From assembly GCA_963663385.2 (NCBI GenBank), contig CAXXXD010000002.1, forward strand, positions 416,001-480,000: a stretch of DNA of 64,000 bases, given 5' to 3'. Below are positions 28,508-37,966 of the stretch, piece by piece. The stretch's first letter is position 1. Every line of letters begins with the position of its first letter. The notes under the pieces are model-generated. The model saw only the letters and a program-made list of their open reading frames with translations. It did no database searches and was not told the DNA's origin. Both the position numbers and the translations under genes were made by a program. Source of the stretch: Oceanispirochaeta sp. (GTDB taxonomy: Bacteria; Spirochaetota; Spirochaetia; DSM-2461).

Positions 28508-29419
28508 TCACTTAGAAAGGGATGAGATAAAATTCTCGAGCCCTATCCTGTAGCTTACAGGGTCGGTCTTGACAGACCGGGCGTGGGTTGCTCCCTCTAT
28601 CAGTACGAGCTGGGTAGGGGCTTTTCCCTTTCTTATATGATACATATGTTCCGACATGGCTGTGGGGACATAATCGTCTTCCCTGCCGTGAACAAGAAGG
28701 ATGGGGACATCCGTCTGCATGATATCCTGTTCCGGGTTTATATTGCCTGTATGGAACCCGGCTATTCCCCGTGTTATCCTGTCGGATAGGCGAATGATGC
28801 CGCCCCGGAGGAAAGGGGGCACATGATTCAGTTTCAGCTGGTGGTTCATGAGAACACTGAAATCGGAATAGGGGCAGTCGGCAATAATAAAACCGATCCT
28901 TTTATCCATCGGGGCGTATTGGAGCACTGTCGCGGCTCCCATGGATTCACCGAATAAGCCGATATCCTCTGTTTCGGGAAACTGCTTCAGGGCCCAGTCA
29001 ACCACCAGTTTCAGATCCTTTTTTTCATTTACTCCGTAAGTGGGATACTTCCCCGGACTCTTTCCGTGGGCCTGATGATCATAGGCAATAATATTCCAGC
29101 CGTTTTCCACGAAATAATCAAAGTACTTAACCATGCCGTAACGGGTCCATGTTATCCCGTGGCAGAAAATCACGGTATGGCCAGAGTCCCCCGGCAGGGC
29201 AAATCCGTCCAGATACTCTCCGTTAGCCTTGGGTATTACAAAATCCATCTTTTCTGACTGAAGGAATTCTTCGGTGAATTCATTGTACTCCAATCCGTTT
29301 TGAATGGTGAATTCAGTCGAATACCGGCGGATTTTCAGGAGCCGCAGGGCAAAATACAAGCCTGTCAGGAGGTACAGGATAATCAGTGATAAAGCAGTCA
29401 GCAGTAAAGCGGGCATCAT
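28508..29419 (-). CDS. Alpha/beta hydrolase with N-terminal membrane anchor
   Basis: FCHG, YDHQAHGKS, GESMG nucleophile, HGREDDYVP, GATH. Confidence 0.9.
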   Translation of the reverse strand: MMPALLLTALSLIILYLLTGLYFALRLLKIRRYSTEFTIQNGLEYNEFTEEFLQSEKMDFVIPKANGEYLDGFALPGDSGHTVIFCHGITWTRYGMVKYFDYFVENGWNIIAYDHQAHGKSPGKYPTYGVNEKKDLKLVVDWALKQFPETEDIGLFGESMGAATVLQYAPMDKRIGFIIADCPYSDFSVLMNHQLKLNHVPPFLRGGIIRLSDRITRGIAGFHTGNINPEQDIMQTDVPILLVHGREDDYVPTAMSEHMYHIRKGKAPTQLVLIEGATHARSVKTDPVSYRIGLENFISSLSK

Positions 29420-29580
29420 TCTTCAATCTCCTTCCTAACCTGCAGAAATTTATAAACCGAAGTATATCCTTTTCGCTTACAGCGTGTAAATAAAACTTCC
29501 ATTCAGGTGTTCTGTCCTGATTACAGGCTCTATGAATAAACTGTTTTTCTAACTGTTTAACTGTTTCTACAACTTCCGGT

Positions 29581-31968
29581 TTATATCTTCTGCTCCGTCC
29601 GGGAGATAATGTCATTCTGCGTCTCCAGGGAGAGATTGGTAAAGAAGGCCGAATACCCGGCTACCCGGACCACAAGGTCATGGTACTTTTCCGGATTTTT
29701 CTGTGCTGCCAGCAGGGTTTCCCTGTCTACGATATTGAACTGGATATGCCAGCCCTTCAGGTCATCGAAAAAGCTGTGGAGCATCCCCGCCAGTTTATCC
29801 CTTTTCTCCCGGGAGACAAGGATGGAAGGGGAGAGTTTCTGGTTGAGCAGAACCCCGCCCAGGATCTTTTCCGTCGGCAGTTTGCTGATGCTCTTCATGA
29901 CCGCGGTCGGCCCCAGCCTGTCCGATCCGGAAGAGGGAGAGGCTCCTTCCGCCAGGGGCATCCAGGCTTTTCTTCCGTCGGGGGTCGCCGGAACGACAGC
30001 CCCGCCCGGGACATTGCCGGAGATACTGGATGTTCCTGCGTAATAACGGCATCCAATGGCGCCGCTGCCCTCCCGGATCGTGGGGTAGTGCTTTATTTCA
30101 TCAATATAACAGGCGTAGGCCTCTTTTAAAAGTTCATCCGCATAGTCGTCATCATTCCCGTACCTGGGGGCGTAGTTTATGAGGAGCTGCCGGATCTTTT
30201 CTCCTCCGGGATCTTCAAAATTGGTCTTCAGAGCATGCATCAGTTCTTCCGCACTGATTCGTCTGTCCTCGAAAATCAGTTTCCTGATGGCAGAGAGGGA
30301 GTCGGCCAGGTTGGCAATGCCTACCTGCAGTCCCGACACAAAGTCGTATTTGCATCCTCCCTCATGAACCGTCAGTCCCGTCTCCAGACAGTTATCCGTA
30401 AAGGCGGAGCAGAGCAGGTCCGGCGCTTCGTCCCGCAGGACCACGTCGATAGCCGTATCAATGGCAATCCCCGCTTTGGCAAAGTAACGGACCTGTTTCT
30501 CCCAGGCTTCCAGAACCTGTCCGAAGCCGGTAAAATCCGTCAGATTGCCAGTCCCTTTGCAGAACTGCCGGCCGCTTACGGGATCAGTCCCGTCATTTAT
30601 AGCTGCCAGGAAGACTCTCATAAAATTCAGAAAGTGCTTGCCCGTACAGCGATAACCCCACTTACCGGGTACCGCCACTTCGATGCAGCCTATGGCTGAA
30701 TAGTCCCAGGCATCCTCTTCCTCTACTCCAAGATTATGAAAGGACGGGATAACAATGCTGTCATTGTTAAAGGCCGGCATACCGAATCCCAGCTGGATAA
30801 CCCTGATGCACTCCTGAAGGAAGTCAGGATCAATGCCGGGATGAAACCGTACGGTCAGGTTCGGCTGGGTAAGCCTGGTTTCCCCGACGGATTTCAGAAT
30901 CAGATAGCTGAGATCGTTTACCCCGTCCGAACCGTCCCTGAGCTGCCCTCCGATCGTAACGTTCTGATAGAGGGGGCCTCCCGCCGAGAATCGGGTATGA
31001 GACCAGGAGCGGATCTTTTTCATACTTATCAGTTTGAGCCATGTATTTTCCAGAATCTCCAGAACAAACTCATCTTCCAGTATTCCAGCATCCACATCTT
31101 TTCTGTAGAAAGGGTAGAGGTACTGATCAAGGCGGCCCATGGACTGGGAGTGGCCATTACTCTCTATCTGCAGAACCAGCTGAACAAAATAGGAGAGCTG
31201 CAGGGCCTGGTAGAAGGTATCCGGAGGATCCGAGGCTATGAGGGCGCAGTTCCGGGAAATCATTTCCAGCTCCCGTTTCCGGGCGGTTTCCGGTTCGGAA
31301 GCCGCCATCTCCCCGGCCAGGCCGGAAAAACGACGGATAAATGTCTGGAACGCTTTGAGGGAAAGGCCGACGGACCGGTAGAAGTTATACTTTTTTATCC
31401 CTTCTTCCCTGACCACATCCACGGCTGAAAGTTTATGTTCAGTTTCATTGATAAACCATTGGAGCCCGTGTTTCAGGATCTTGCGGAAGTGGGCGGCTAT
31501 GTGAGCATCCCCGGAGGTCAGATTCCCTTCGGCCCGTATTATGCCGGCTTCATGGATGGCAAGGAGTTCCTCTGTCATCAGGGCGCGCCCCTTGTCCAGG
31601 GTTGTTGTCCCGTCCCAGTATTCGCATATTTCCAGAAGGTCCCTTTTGGTTTTATCATCCGGGAAAAAGGCATCTCCCGGGCGCTGTTCAAACTGGTCAA
31701 TCTCTTTCCTTATCCATTCGACGGCATACTCAGGGAATATGGGCGCTGCATAAATGGCGGAGGAGTGATTGCCGACAATCAGATCCTCCTTCTCTATCCG
31801 GATGGACATCCCTTCCAGAGTATCTTTCAGGGCATACGCTCTTTTCAGTATAACCGGTTTGTCCCGGTGCTTTTTATAGGCATTGGTATAGAAAAACGCC
31901 CTCTGGGTACAAATAGTCGGACGTGTTTTTAAAATTCTCTCCCGGTATCCGCTGATTCTTTCTGTCAT
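29581..31968 (-). CDS. Glycyl radical enzyme, YbiW/PflF-like (not pyruvate formate-lyase PflB)
   Basis: LVVRVAGYSAFF glycyl motif; single-Cys loop SAIGCIEVAVPGKWGYRCTG; ESNGHS and AEGNLTSGDAH as in YbiW-type enzymes. Confidence 0.9.
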   Translation of the reverse strand: MTERISGYRERILKTRPTICTQRAFFYTNAYKKHRDKPVILKRAYALKDTLEGMSIRIEKEDLIVGNHSSAIYAAPIFPEYAVEWIRKEIDQFEQRPGDAFFPDDKTKRDLLEICEYWDGTTTLDKGRALMTEELLAIHEAGIIRAEGNLTSGDAHIAAHFRKILKHGLQWFINETEHKLSAVDVVREEGIKKYNFYRSVGLSLKAFQTFIRRFSGLAGEMAASEPETARKRELEMISRNCALIASDPPDTFYQALQLSYFVQLVLQIESNGHSQSMGRLDQYLYPFYRKDVDAGILEDEFVLEILENTWLKLISMKKIRSWSHTRFSAGGPLYQNVTIGGQLRDGSDGVNDLSYLILKSVGETRLTQPNLTVRFHPGIDPDFLQECIRVIQLGFGMPAFNNDSIVIPSFHNLGVEEEDAWDYSAIGCIEVAVPGKWGYRCTGKHFLNFMRVFLAAINDGTDPVSGRQFCKGTGNLTDFTGFGQVLEAWEKQVRYFAKAGIAIDTAIDVVLRDEAPDLLCSAFTDNCLETGLTVHEGGCKYDFVSGLQVGIANLADSLSAIRKLIFEDRRISAEELMHALKTNFEDPGGEKIRQLLINYAPRYGNDDDYADELLKEAYACYIDEIKHYPTIREGSGAIGCRYYAGTSSISGNVPGGAVVPATPDGRKAWMPLAEGASPSSGSDRLGPTAVMKSISKLPTEKILGGVLLNQKLSPSILVSREKRDKLAGMLHSFFDDLKGWHIQFNIVDRETLLAAQKNPEKYHDLVVRVAGYSAFFTNLSLETQNDIISRTEQKI

Positions 31969-31971
31969 TTA

Positions 31972-32871
31972 TTAACCTCCGTTTGTGGCAGCCAGGCTCA
32001 CCTCTTCGGCTGCTCTTATATAGGTTTCTATCTCTTCTGCCGGCATTGCTTCCAGGGGGTGTTCATAGGAGCGTCCCAGGTTCCGGTATTTCCCGGCGCC
32101 CAGGGGATGGTAGGGCATAAAATCGATCCCTTTGATGCTTTGGTCCGCATCGGGCAGTTTGTTCAGCTTTTTCAGAATCGATAGTATGGTCCGGTTGTCA
32201 TGATTAAAATCGTCTATCACGGGGATACGTATCCGGATGGCAGTTCCTGTTCGGATAAGCTGTTTTAGATTGTTCCATATCAGTTCCAGGTCCCCTCCTG
32301 TCTGTTCTCTAAATACGACTGGATCAATATGCTTGATATCACAAAGGAATTCATCAATAAGGGGAACCAGGTTCTCAATGTTTTTCCAGGGAACGTGGAG
32401 GCAGGTTTCCACAGCAATTGAGACTCCTTCCGCCTTTACGATAGAGGCAATTTCCCGGCAGAGTTCCGGCTGCATCAGCGGCTCTCCTCCCGACAGGGTT
32501 ACGCCGCCGTTTTTTCCGTAAAATGCCTTGTCCTTCAATGCTTCCCCGGCAATTTCCTCTGCTGTTTTATCCTCTCCGATCAGCTGCAGCGCCCTGGTGG
32601 GACAGATATCTTTATACTGCTGCGGCTCAGTCTGTCTTTCCGGATGAAAAACAGCCCGGCTCTCTTCCCGGGACATGGCACCTTCCGGTTCAACAGCTGT
32701 GCAGTCACCGCAGCCCATACAGCGGGAGGCGTCAAACATCAGTTCCTGATTGAAACTCTGGCTTTCGGGGTTGCTGCACCAGCTGCAGTGCAGGGGACAC
32801 CCTTTAAAAAATACAGTAGTCCTGAGTCCCTCCCCGTCGTGCAGGGAGAAACGTTGAATATTGAAAATCAT
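31972..32871 (-). CDS. Glycyl-radical enzyme activating enzyme (radical SAM, ferredoxin-like insert)
   Basis: HDGEGLRTTVFFKGCPLHCSWCSNPES, CMGCGDC, GGVTLSGGEP. Confidence 0.95.
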   Translation of the reverse strand: MIFNIQRFSLHDGEGLRTTVFFKGCPLHCSWCSNPESQSFNQELMFDASRCMGCGDCTAVEPEGAMSREESRAVFHPERQTEPQQYKDICPTRALQLIGEDKTAEEIAGEALKDKAFYGKNGGVTLSGGEPLMQPELCREIASIVKAEGVSIAVETCLHVPWKNIENLVPLIDEFLCDIKHIDPVVFREQTGGDLELIWNNLKQLIRTGTAIRIRIPVIDDFNHDNRTILSILKKLNKLPDADQSIKGIDFMPYHPLGAGKYRNLGRSYEHPLEAMPAEEIETYIRAAEEVSLAATNGG

Positions 32872-32909
32872 TCAGGCCGTCTCTCCTTGTTATTACTCTA
32901 TTGAAATTG

Positions 32910-32991
32910 CGAACGAAAGTCAAATAGCTTTTTAACGAAAATTGTGATTTGGTTAAAATAAGAACTTTCTGGTTTTAATCTCTTTCGTTCG
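32910..32991. promoter_or_regulatory. Candidate DeoR operator half-sites (AACGAAA repeats)
   Basis: CGAACGAAAG (32910-32919), AACGAAA (32934-32940) and inverted CTTTCGTTCG (32982-32991) in the divergent promoter. Confidence 0.55.
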
Positions 32992-33031
32992 GAGATTTAC
33001 AGAATTCTTTCTGTAGACTATACTCCTGGGT

Positions 33032-33775
33032 ATGATAGAACGGCATCAGCGAATTCTCCAGTTGATAAACAGTGAAAAAGAAGCATCAGTTACAGAACTC
33101 TCCCGGATTCTGGATGTATCGGTTGTAACTATCAGAAGCGATCTCCGTGCTCTGGAAGAACAGAACCTGCTGGTCAGGACGCACGGGGGGGCCAGTCTGC
33201 CCTCTACGGACGATATTGCCCGCAGGATGAGCATTAACTATCCGGTCAAGCAGAAGATTGCCGCTGCGGCAGCAGCTGAAGTGGAGGAGGGAGAAACCAT
33301 TCTTCTTGAAGCCGGGTCCTGCGTGGCCCTGATGGCCCGGGAACTTGTAAAACGGAAAGGGATCAATGTGATTACCAACAATGCCTTTATTGCCAGGCAG
33401 CTAAAGGACGCTCCGGGTATTAATGTTATCCTTATGGGCGGCACTTACCAGAAGGAGAGCGAGACCATGGTGGGGGCTATGACCCGTGAATATCTGAAGT
33501 TCTATAATTTCAGCAAGGTTTTTATGGGGATGGACGGCTTTACCATGGATCAGGGCGCCATGTGCCGCGACCTGGAGCGGGCGGAAGTCATGAGCGAGTT
33601 TGTCAGGCGGGCGGAAAAGGTCTATTTCCTGTCGGATTCCTCCAAACTGGGAAAAAAGGCGGTCCGAACAATCTGTTCCCCCGGGGAGATGGACTGTCTT
33701 ATTACAGACAACGGCGTTACGGAAGAGTATCGTGAACTATTGGAATCCTGTCATATCCGCCTGATCAGAACCTGA
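33032..33775 (+). CDS. DeoR/GlpR family transcriptional regulator
   Basis: ERHQRIL, VSVVTIRSDL, RTHGGA, VITNN, DSSKLG. Confidence 0.95.
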   Translation: MIERHQRILQLINSEKEASVTELSRILDVSVVTIRSDLRALEEQNLLVRTHGGASLPSTDDIARRMSINYPVKQKIAAAAAAEVEEGETILLEAGSCVALMARELVKRKGINVITNNAFIARQLKDAPGINVILMGGTYQKESETMVGAMTREYLKFYNFSKVFMGMDGFTMDQGAMCRDLERAEVMSEFVRRAEKVYFLSDSSKLGKKAVRTICSPGEMDCLITDNGVTEEYRELLESCHIRLIRT

Positions 33776-33880
33776 GCCCTATTTCAGACTTTTGGAAATA
33801 ATATTCTTGAAACGGGTTGTGGAAATATACCGGTCTGCCAAAAGCTTTCCTTTGTATATAAGGTTAAAGGACGCAATTAA

Positions 33881-35101
33881 TCAGGGATTGCCCGGGAACA
33901 GGCTGAACCTTCCGGGATTCAATAGAACAGACTTTTCGCTTCCTGCCGGAAGGATCACTTCCAGATCGCCCCACCGGCTGCTGCACTCTGCCAGAATCCT
34001 GTTGCTGTCCAGTACATGCTCTTTCCGGATTTCAGCTTCGATGCCGGCTCCCTTTTCAACCGTTTGAACTTCATTTGCCCGAAAAAGAAAGCTGTAGTTT
34101 CCATCGGGGCTTTCCACTGCAATCCCGAAGGGTTGTATTATGCCATCCTCAACCCGGACTCTCAGTTTGTTGACTGAAAAGCGGGATGTCAGTTCAAAGG
34201 CCGTTACTGATGCCGGGTTATCATACACATCCATGGTTTTTCCGAATTGTATTATCCTTCCCCTGTCAATAATGGCTATATAATCGCTTAAGGCCAGAGC
34301 GGTTTCCGGATCATGCAGACTGACAATGGTTGTTTTCCCCATTCCGGATACCAGCTCTTTCAAAAATACCCGCATCTGTATTCTGAGTTTTGTATCCAGC
34401 CTGGCCATGGGTTCATCCATAATAAGAATATCAATATTCCTTATATCTGCCTTGCCAATGGCTATAAGCTGTTTGACCCCCTCCGGCAGCGCTCTGACCA
34501 TACTGTCCAGTTCTCTCTCTTCTATACACAGTTTCCGGGCCATTTCCTCTACGGCCGGATCAATTTTGACTTTTTCTATTTTTCTCTGGAGTTCGAGGGG
34601 GAAGCGGATATTCCCCCTTCCGCTCCTGTTGGGCATCAGGGCATAATCTTCAAATACAAAACCGATATTCCTGTCTGCCGAAGCAAGCTGGTCCAGCCGT
34701 TCCGTTCCCAGGAATACGGCCCCTGAATCCGGTTTGTTCAGCCCGGCAAGGGCTTTCAGCAGCATCGTTTTTCCCGATCCGGAGGCTCCCAGTATGGTCA
34801 GTATTTTACCCCGTGGAATTTCAAAGCTGATATCCTTGAGCTGAAATTCCTCCCTGTGAAAGTTCAGGTTTTTAACCAGAAAGATATTCTCATCGGTGTT
34901 TTCTATTGTTTCACAGTTTTTATGGAACTCCTGTTTCTGCTTCTCCACATAGGCAAGCAGGTCCGAGTAGAGGACCCTGATGGCGCTTCCCACCTTAAAG
35001 GCTTCGATCTCCTTATCCCGGATCAGGTTGTAAACCATCTGATTGGAGATATTCAGGAATTTGGCGACTTCTTTAATTGTAAGTGTTTGCTCGTTTACCA
35101 T
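33881..35101 (-). CDS. Fusion of excisionase-type HTH (HTH_17) and MalK/PotA-like ABC ATPase with a degenerate signature
   Basis: LTIKEVAKFLNISNQMVYNLIRDKEIEAFKVGSAIRV; Walker A GASGSGKT, Walker B ILIMDEP, H-loop SLHD; LPEGVKQ in place of LSGGQ. Confidence 0.85.
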   Translation of the reverse strand: MVNEQTLTIKEVAKFLNISNQMVYNLIRDKEIEAFKVGSAIRVLYSDLLAYVEKQKQEFHKNCETIENTDENIFLVKNLNFHREEFQLKDISFEIPRGKILTILGASGSGKTMLLKALAGLNKPDSGAVFLGTERLDQLASADRNIGFVFEDYALMPNRSGRGNIRFPLELQRKIEKVKIDPAVEEMARKLCIEERELDSMVRALPEGVKQLIAIGKADIRNIDILIMDEPMARLDTKLRIQMRVFLKELVSGMGKTTIVSLHDPETALALSDYIAIIDRGRIIQFGKTMDVYDNPASVTAFELTSRFSVNKLRVRVEDGIIQPFGIAVESPDGNYSFLFRANEVQTVEKGAGIEAEIRKEHVLDSNRILAECSSRWGDLEVILPAGSEKSVLLNPGRFSLFPGNP

Positions 35102-35122
35102 AACATACTCCTTTACAGTACT

Positions 35123-35162
35123 CTATATTATAATATTTTATAACATAATATAATAATGTCAA
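35123..35162 (-). promoter_or_regulatory. Sigma70-like promoter overlapped by 10-bp-period repeats
   Basis: Minus strand TTGACA-16-TAAAAT; TATAA recurs at 35129, 35139 and 35149 on the plus strand. Confidence 0.45.
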
Positions 35163-35262
35163 ATCTGTTATAGCAGGAGTATATATAAGGAGTTCTTCAT
35201 CCACTTTCTCCGATCCCCGAGCAAAGTGAGGGGGGAGGTTGAATAGATAGGTGGGGTTGTTT

Positions 35263-37848
35263 TTACTGCTTCGGTGCAGGTTCCCTGAATTCTCTGTATC
35301 GTACGGGACTCTCTTCCCGATGCAGATCCTCCGGCCAGGTGATATCAAAGATACAGGCTTCGTCACCCCTGTGGACACACTCCGTCTGCACAACCCGGCC
35401 GTTTCTGATGCCGTACATATCCAGGATCCCCATGTAAACCCCTTCAATGACCGAGCAGGTATAACCGGGAGAGTAGGCTTTGATCTTCAGATGTCCCGGC
35501 TCGTACAGCAGGATCTGCCTTTTTTTTACATCCGGACCCTTATGGTAGTCCAGAAAGGTGTCGCATTCCAGTTTGAGCATCTCTCCGGCGGTTTCTACAG
35601 AAGGCGGAAGCCCTCCCGCTTTCTGTATGGTCGGATAGATTTTCCGGCCCAGCATCACCAGCGCCCGTATTCCGGAGATGGAGTTTTCAGCATAAATCTT
35701 CATAAAACTGTTCCAGATAGCCGTTTCAACCCAGTCATCCGGAGTCAGTTCGTCCCAATGTTTCCCCGTCTTTTTAAACAGCAGGGCATCTGCTTTCTGC
35801 TGTATTTCGGGATTCAGATTCATCAGCATCCCTGTGAGATTCACAATATTACCCCTGACTTGAGCCTTGACCGGCTTTATACAGCTAAAGGCCGTTTTCA
35901 GGTTATCTCCCGGCTCCTCCTGCTCGACAACCCTGTATTCCACCTGTTCCGTATCGGTCTTTCTGTTTGATTTATCAGTTGTCGTAAAATACTTCAGTTC
36001 CGAGATAATACCGCTTACCATCTCTTTATTGGTAATACTTGTAGACATAACATTCTTTACAGCTGTATTTATCTCTTCAACGCTGGAGGTTATTTCCTGT
36101 ATTCTTATTCTGTTGTCATCGCTGGTGTCTTTCAGCTGCATTATCTCATTCAGTACCAGTCTACTCCCGTGACCGATCTCATTCGCCCCGGCCCGAACGG
36201 TTTCCGTAATACGGGTCATACTGCCCAGTGATTCCAGAATCTGTTTACTGCCGCTGCTCTGCTCTATCATGGCAAAACGGATTTCTTCATTGCGCTGGCT
36301 GACATTTTCAACCTTATCCTGAATAACGGTGAAGCTTGCCGCTGTCTCTTCAGAGCTTTTAACAATTTCATGAATTAACCCCTGGATGGAATTCAGCATA
36401 TTGGATACTTCATGGCTCTGCTGGCTGGTGGATTCGGCCAGTTTTCTTATTTCATCCGCTACAACACTGAACCCTTTTCCCGCTTCACCGGCATGGGCTG
36501 CCTCAATAGCCGCATTCATGGCAAGGAGATTGGTTTGACTGGCAATACCGCTTATCAGCTGATTGGTTTCCATCAGACGCTTTGATTCGTCGGCAATCTT
36601 TAATATCTGACTGTTATTCTGATTCATCTTGTTCATACCGTTTTTACTGGCCTGATTGAGTTCTTCCGAGGATTGATGGACCTTATTCATATTCAATGTA
36701 ACACTATCGATAGAGCTGACCATCTGTTCAATGGCACTGGAGGATTCTATTACCTGGCTGGCCTGCTCTTCTATAGCTGAGTTGAGGGATTCAATATTGC
36801 CGTTAATCCGGGATATGGCGGAAGTCACCTCTTCCACATTACTCCCCTGGGCAGTAAGATGCTGATTCATAGACTTCAGGTTCCCTGTCATCATGTTCAG
36901 GGACGCACTTGATTCTTCCGCACTTTCGGATAAGCCATTTCCCACGTCTTCCAGTCTGTATGTTCTGGACTTGATCTCTCTTATAATCCGGGTAAGTTGA
37001 GAGCTCATTTTTTTCATGGCAGAATAAGCGCCCTGAGCCGGTTCTCCCGTTTCTTTTATCACAAGGTTTCCATTGCTGATCCGTTCGGACAGAGATACCA
37101 GCTCCCGGGGATCGGCGCCAAGCCGTCTGTTAATCAGCAGAAAAATCAGAAAACAGGCCATCCCTGCTGCTGCGGCTGCAATAAATATCTGGAGTGTCAG
37201 GACGAGAGTCGTAAAAATCCTGATTTTTCTGTCGATCAGGGAAATCTCTCCGGATATCCTCTGATCCAGTTTCTCAATAAAGGCATTGACTGTCCCCCGG
37301 ATCTTATAGATCTCCTGATGATAGAAATTGCCGTATAAATGTCTGATCCCGAACTGTACTGAGCTTTCACCTTCCCGGATATCCCCCGGACCATCCTGTA
37401 TTTCACCGGATTTTATAGACTGCATGACCTGATCTTCCAGTTTGAACAGATGATCGGACATGTCTGAAATCTGCTGCAGAATAGTAAACTCATCTACGGA
37501 TAAGCCAATTCCCCGCATAATTTCACTCTGGGCTTTCACTTCTCCCCTGTAGAGGTCTTTGTTTACATAATCGGGACGGGCAGTCATTCCGGTACGCCAC
37601 TTTATTATCTGCCAGTATTCATCCCAGTACTTCTGTTCGGCTGTTGTCGCGTATGTCCGGGCATAACGGGTAAGATCCATCGAAGTCTGGCGTAATTCAT
37701 TGGCAATGGTGAAAGCGTAATACCTCTCGGTCAGCTTTCCTTCGACCTGCTTTGTCAGAAAAGAATTCCAGACAGTCAGTGTGACAGACCCCAGTACCAT
37801 AAATGTTATAGAAAATCCCAGGACCTTCACTATCAACTTAAACTTCAT
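35263..37848 (-). CDS. Methyl-accepting chemotaxis protein with C-terminal V4R-like domain
   Basis: Two TMs; [38 protein letters not shown]; extra C-terminal domain ending CSVIEG...[16 protein letters not shown]. Confidence 0.9.
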   Translation of the reverse strand: MKFKLIVKVLGFSITFMVLGSVTLTVWNSFLTKQVEGKLTERYYAFTIANELRQTSMDLTRYARTYATTAEQKYWDEYWQIIKWRTGMTARPDYVNKDLYRGEVKAQSEIMRGIGLSVDEFTILQQISDMSDHLFKLEDQVMQSIKSGEIQDGPGDIREGESSVQFGIRHLYGNFYHQEIYKIRGTVNAFIEKLDQRISGEISLIDRKIRIFTTLVLTLQIFIAAAAAGMACFLIFLLINRRLGADPRELVSLSERISNGNLVIKETGEPAQGAYSAMKKMSSQLTRIIREIKSRTYRLEDVGNGLSESAEESSASLNMMTGNLKSMNQHLTAQGSNVEEVTSAISRINGNIESLNSAIEEQASQVIESSSAIEQMVSSIDSVTLNMNKVHQSSEELNQASKNGMNKMNQNNSQILKIADESKRLMETNQLISGIASQTNLLAMNAAIEAAHAGEAGKGFSVVADEIRKLAESTSQQSHEVSNMLNSIQGLIHEIVKSSEETAASFTVIQDKVENVSQRNEEIRFAMIEQSSGSKQILESLGSMTRITETVRAGANEIGHGSRLVLNEIMQLKDTSDDNRIRIQEITSSVEEINTAVKNVMSTSITNKEMVSGIISELKYFTTTDKSNRKTDTEQVEYRVVEQEEPGDNLKTAFSCIKPVKAQVRGNIVNLTGMLMNLNPEIQQKADALLFKKTGKHWDELTPDDWVETAIWNSFMKIYAENSISGIRALVMLGRKIYPTIQKAGGLPPSVETAGEMLKLECDTFLDYHKGPDVKKRQILLYEPGHLKIKAYSPGYTCSVIEGVYMGILDMYGIRNGRVVQTECVHRGDEACIFDITWPEDLHREESPVRYREFREPAPKQ

Positions 37849-37966
37849 ACAAAACCCCCGTTAATACCAGATACATTTGATCTGAAACTGTTCTATGATG
37901 AGTGTTTGCTGATTGAGGTTTAATGAATTTTAGTTTACCGGAAACGGATGTTCAATATAAAAACTT

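Noticed and set aside
29581..31968. Pyruvate formate-lyase pflB
   Set aside because: Lacks the adjacent Cys-Cys active-site pair; has the single-Cys GCIE loop.
33881..35101. Prophage or ICE excisionase marking a mobile element
   Set aside because: The HTH is fused in frame to an ABC ATPase; no integrase, att-like repeat or phage gene was seen.
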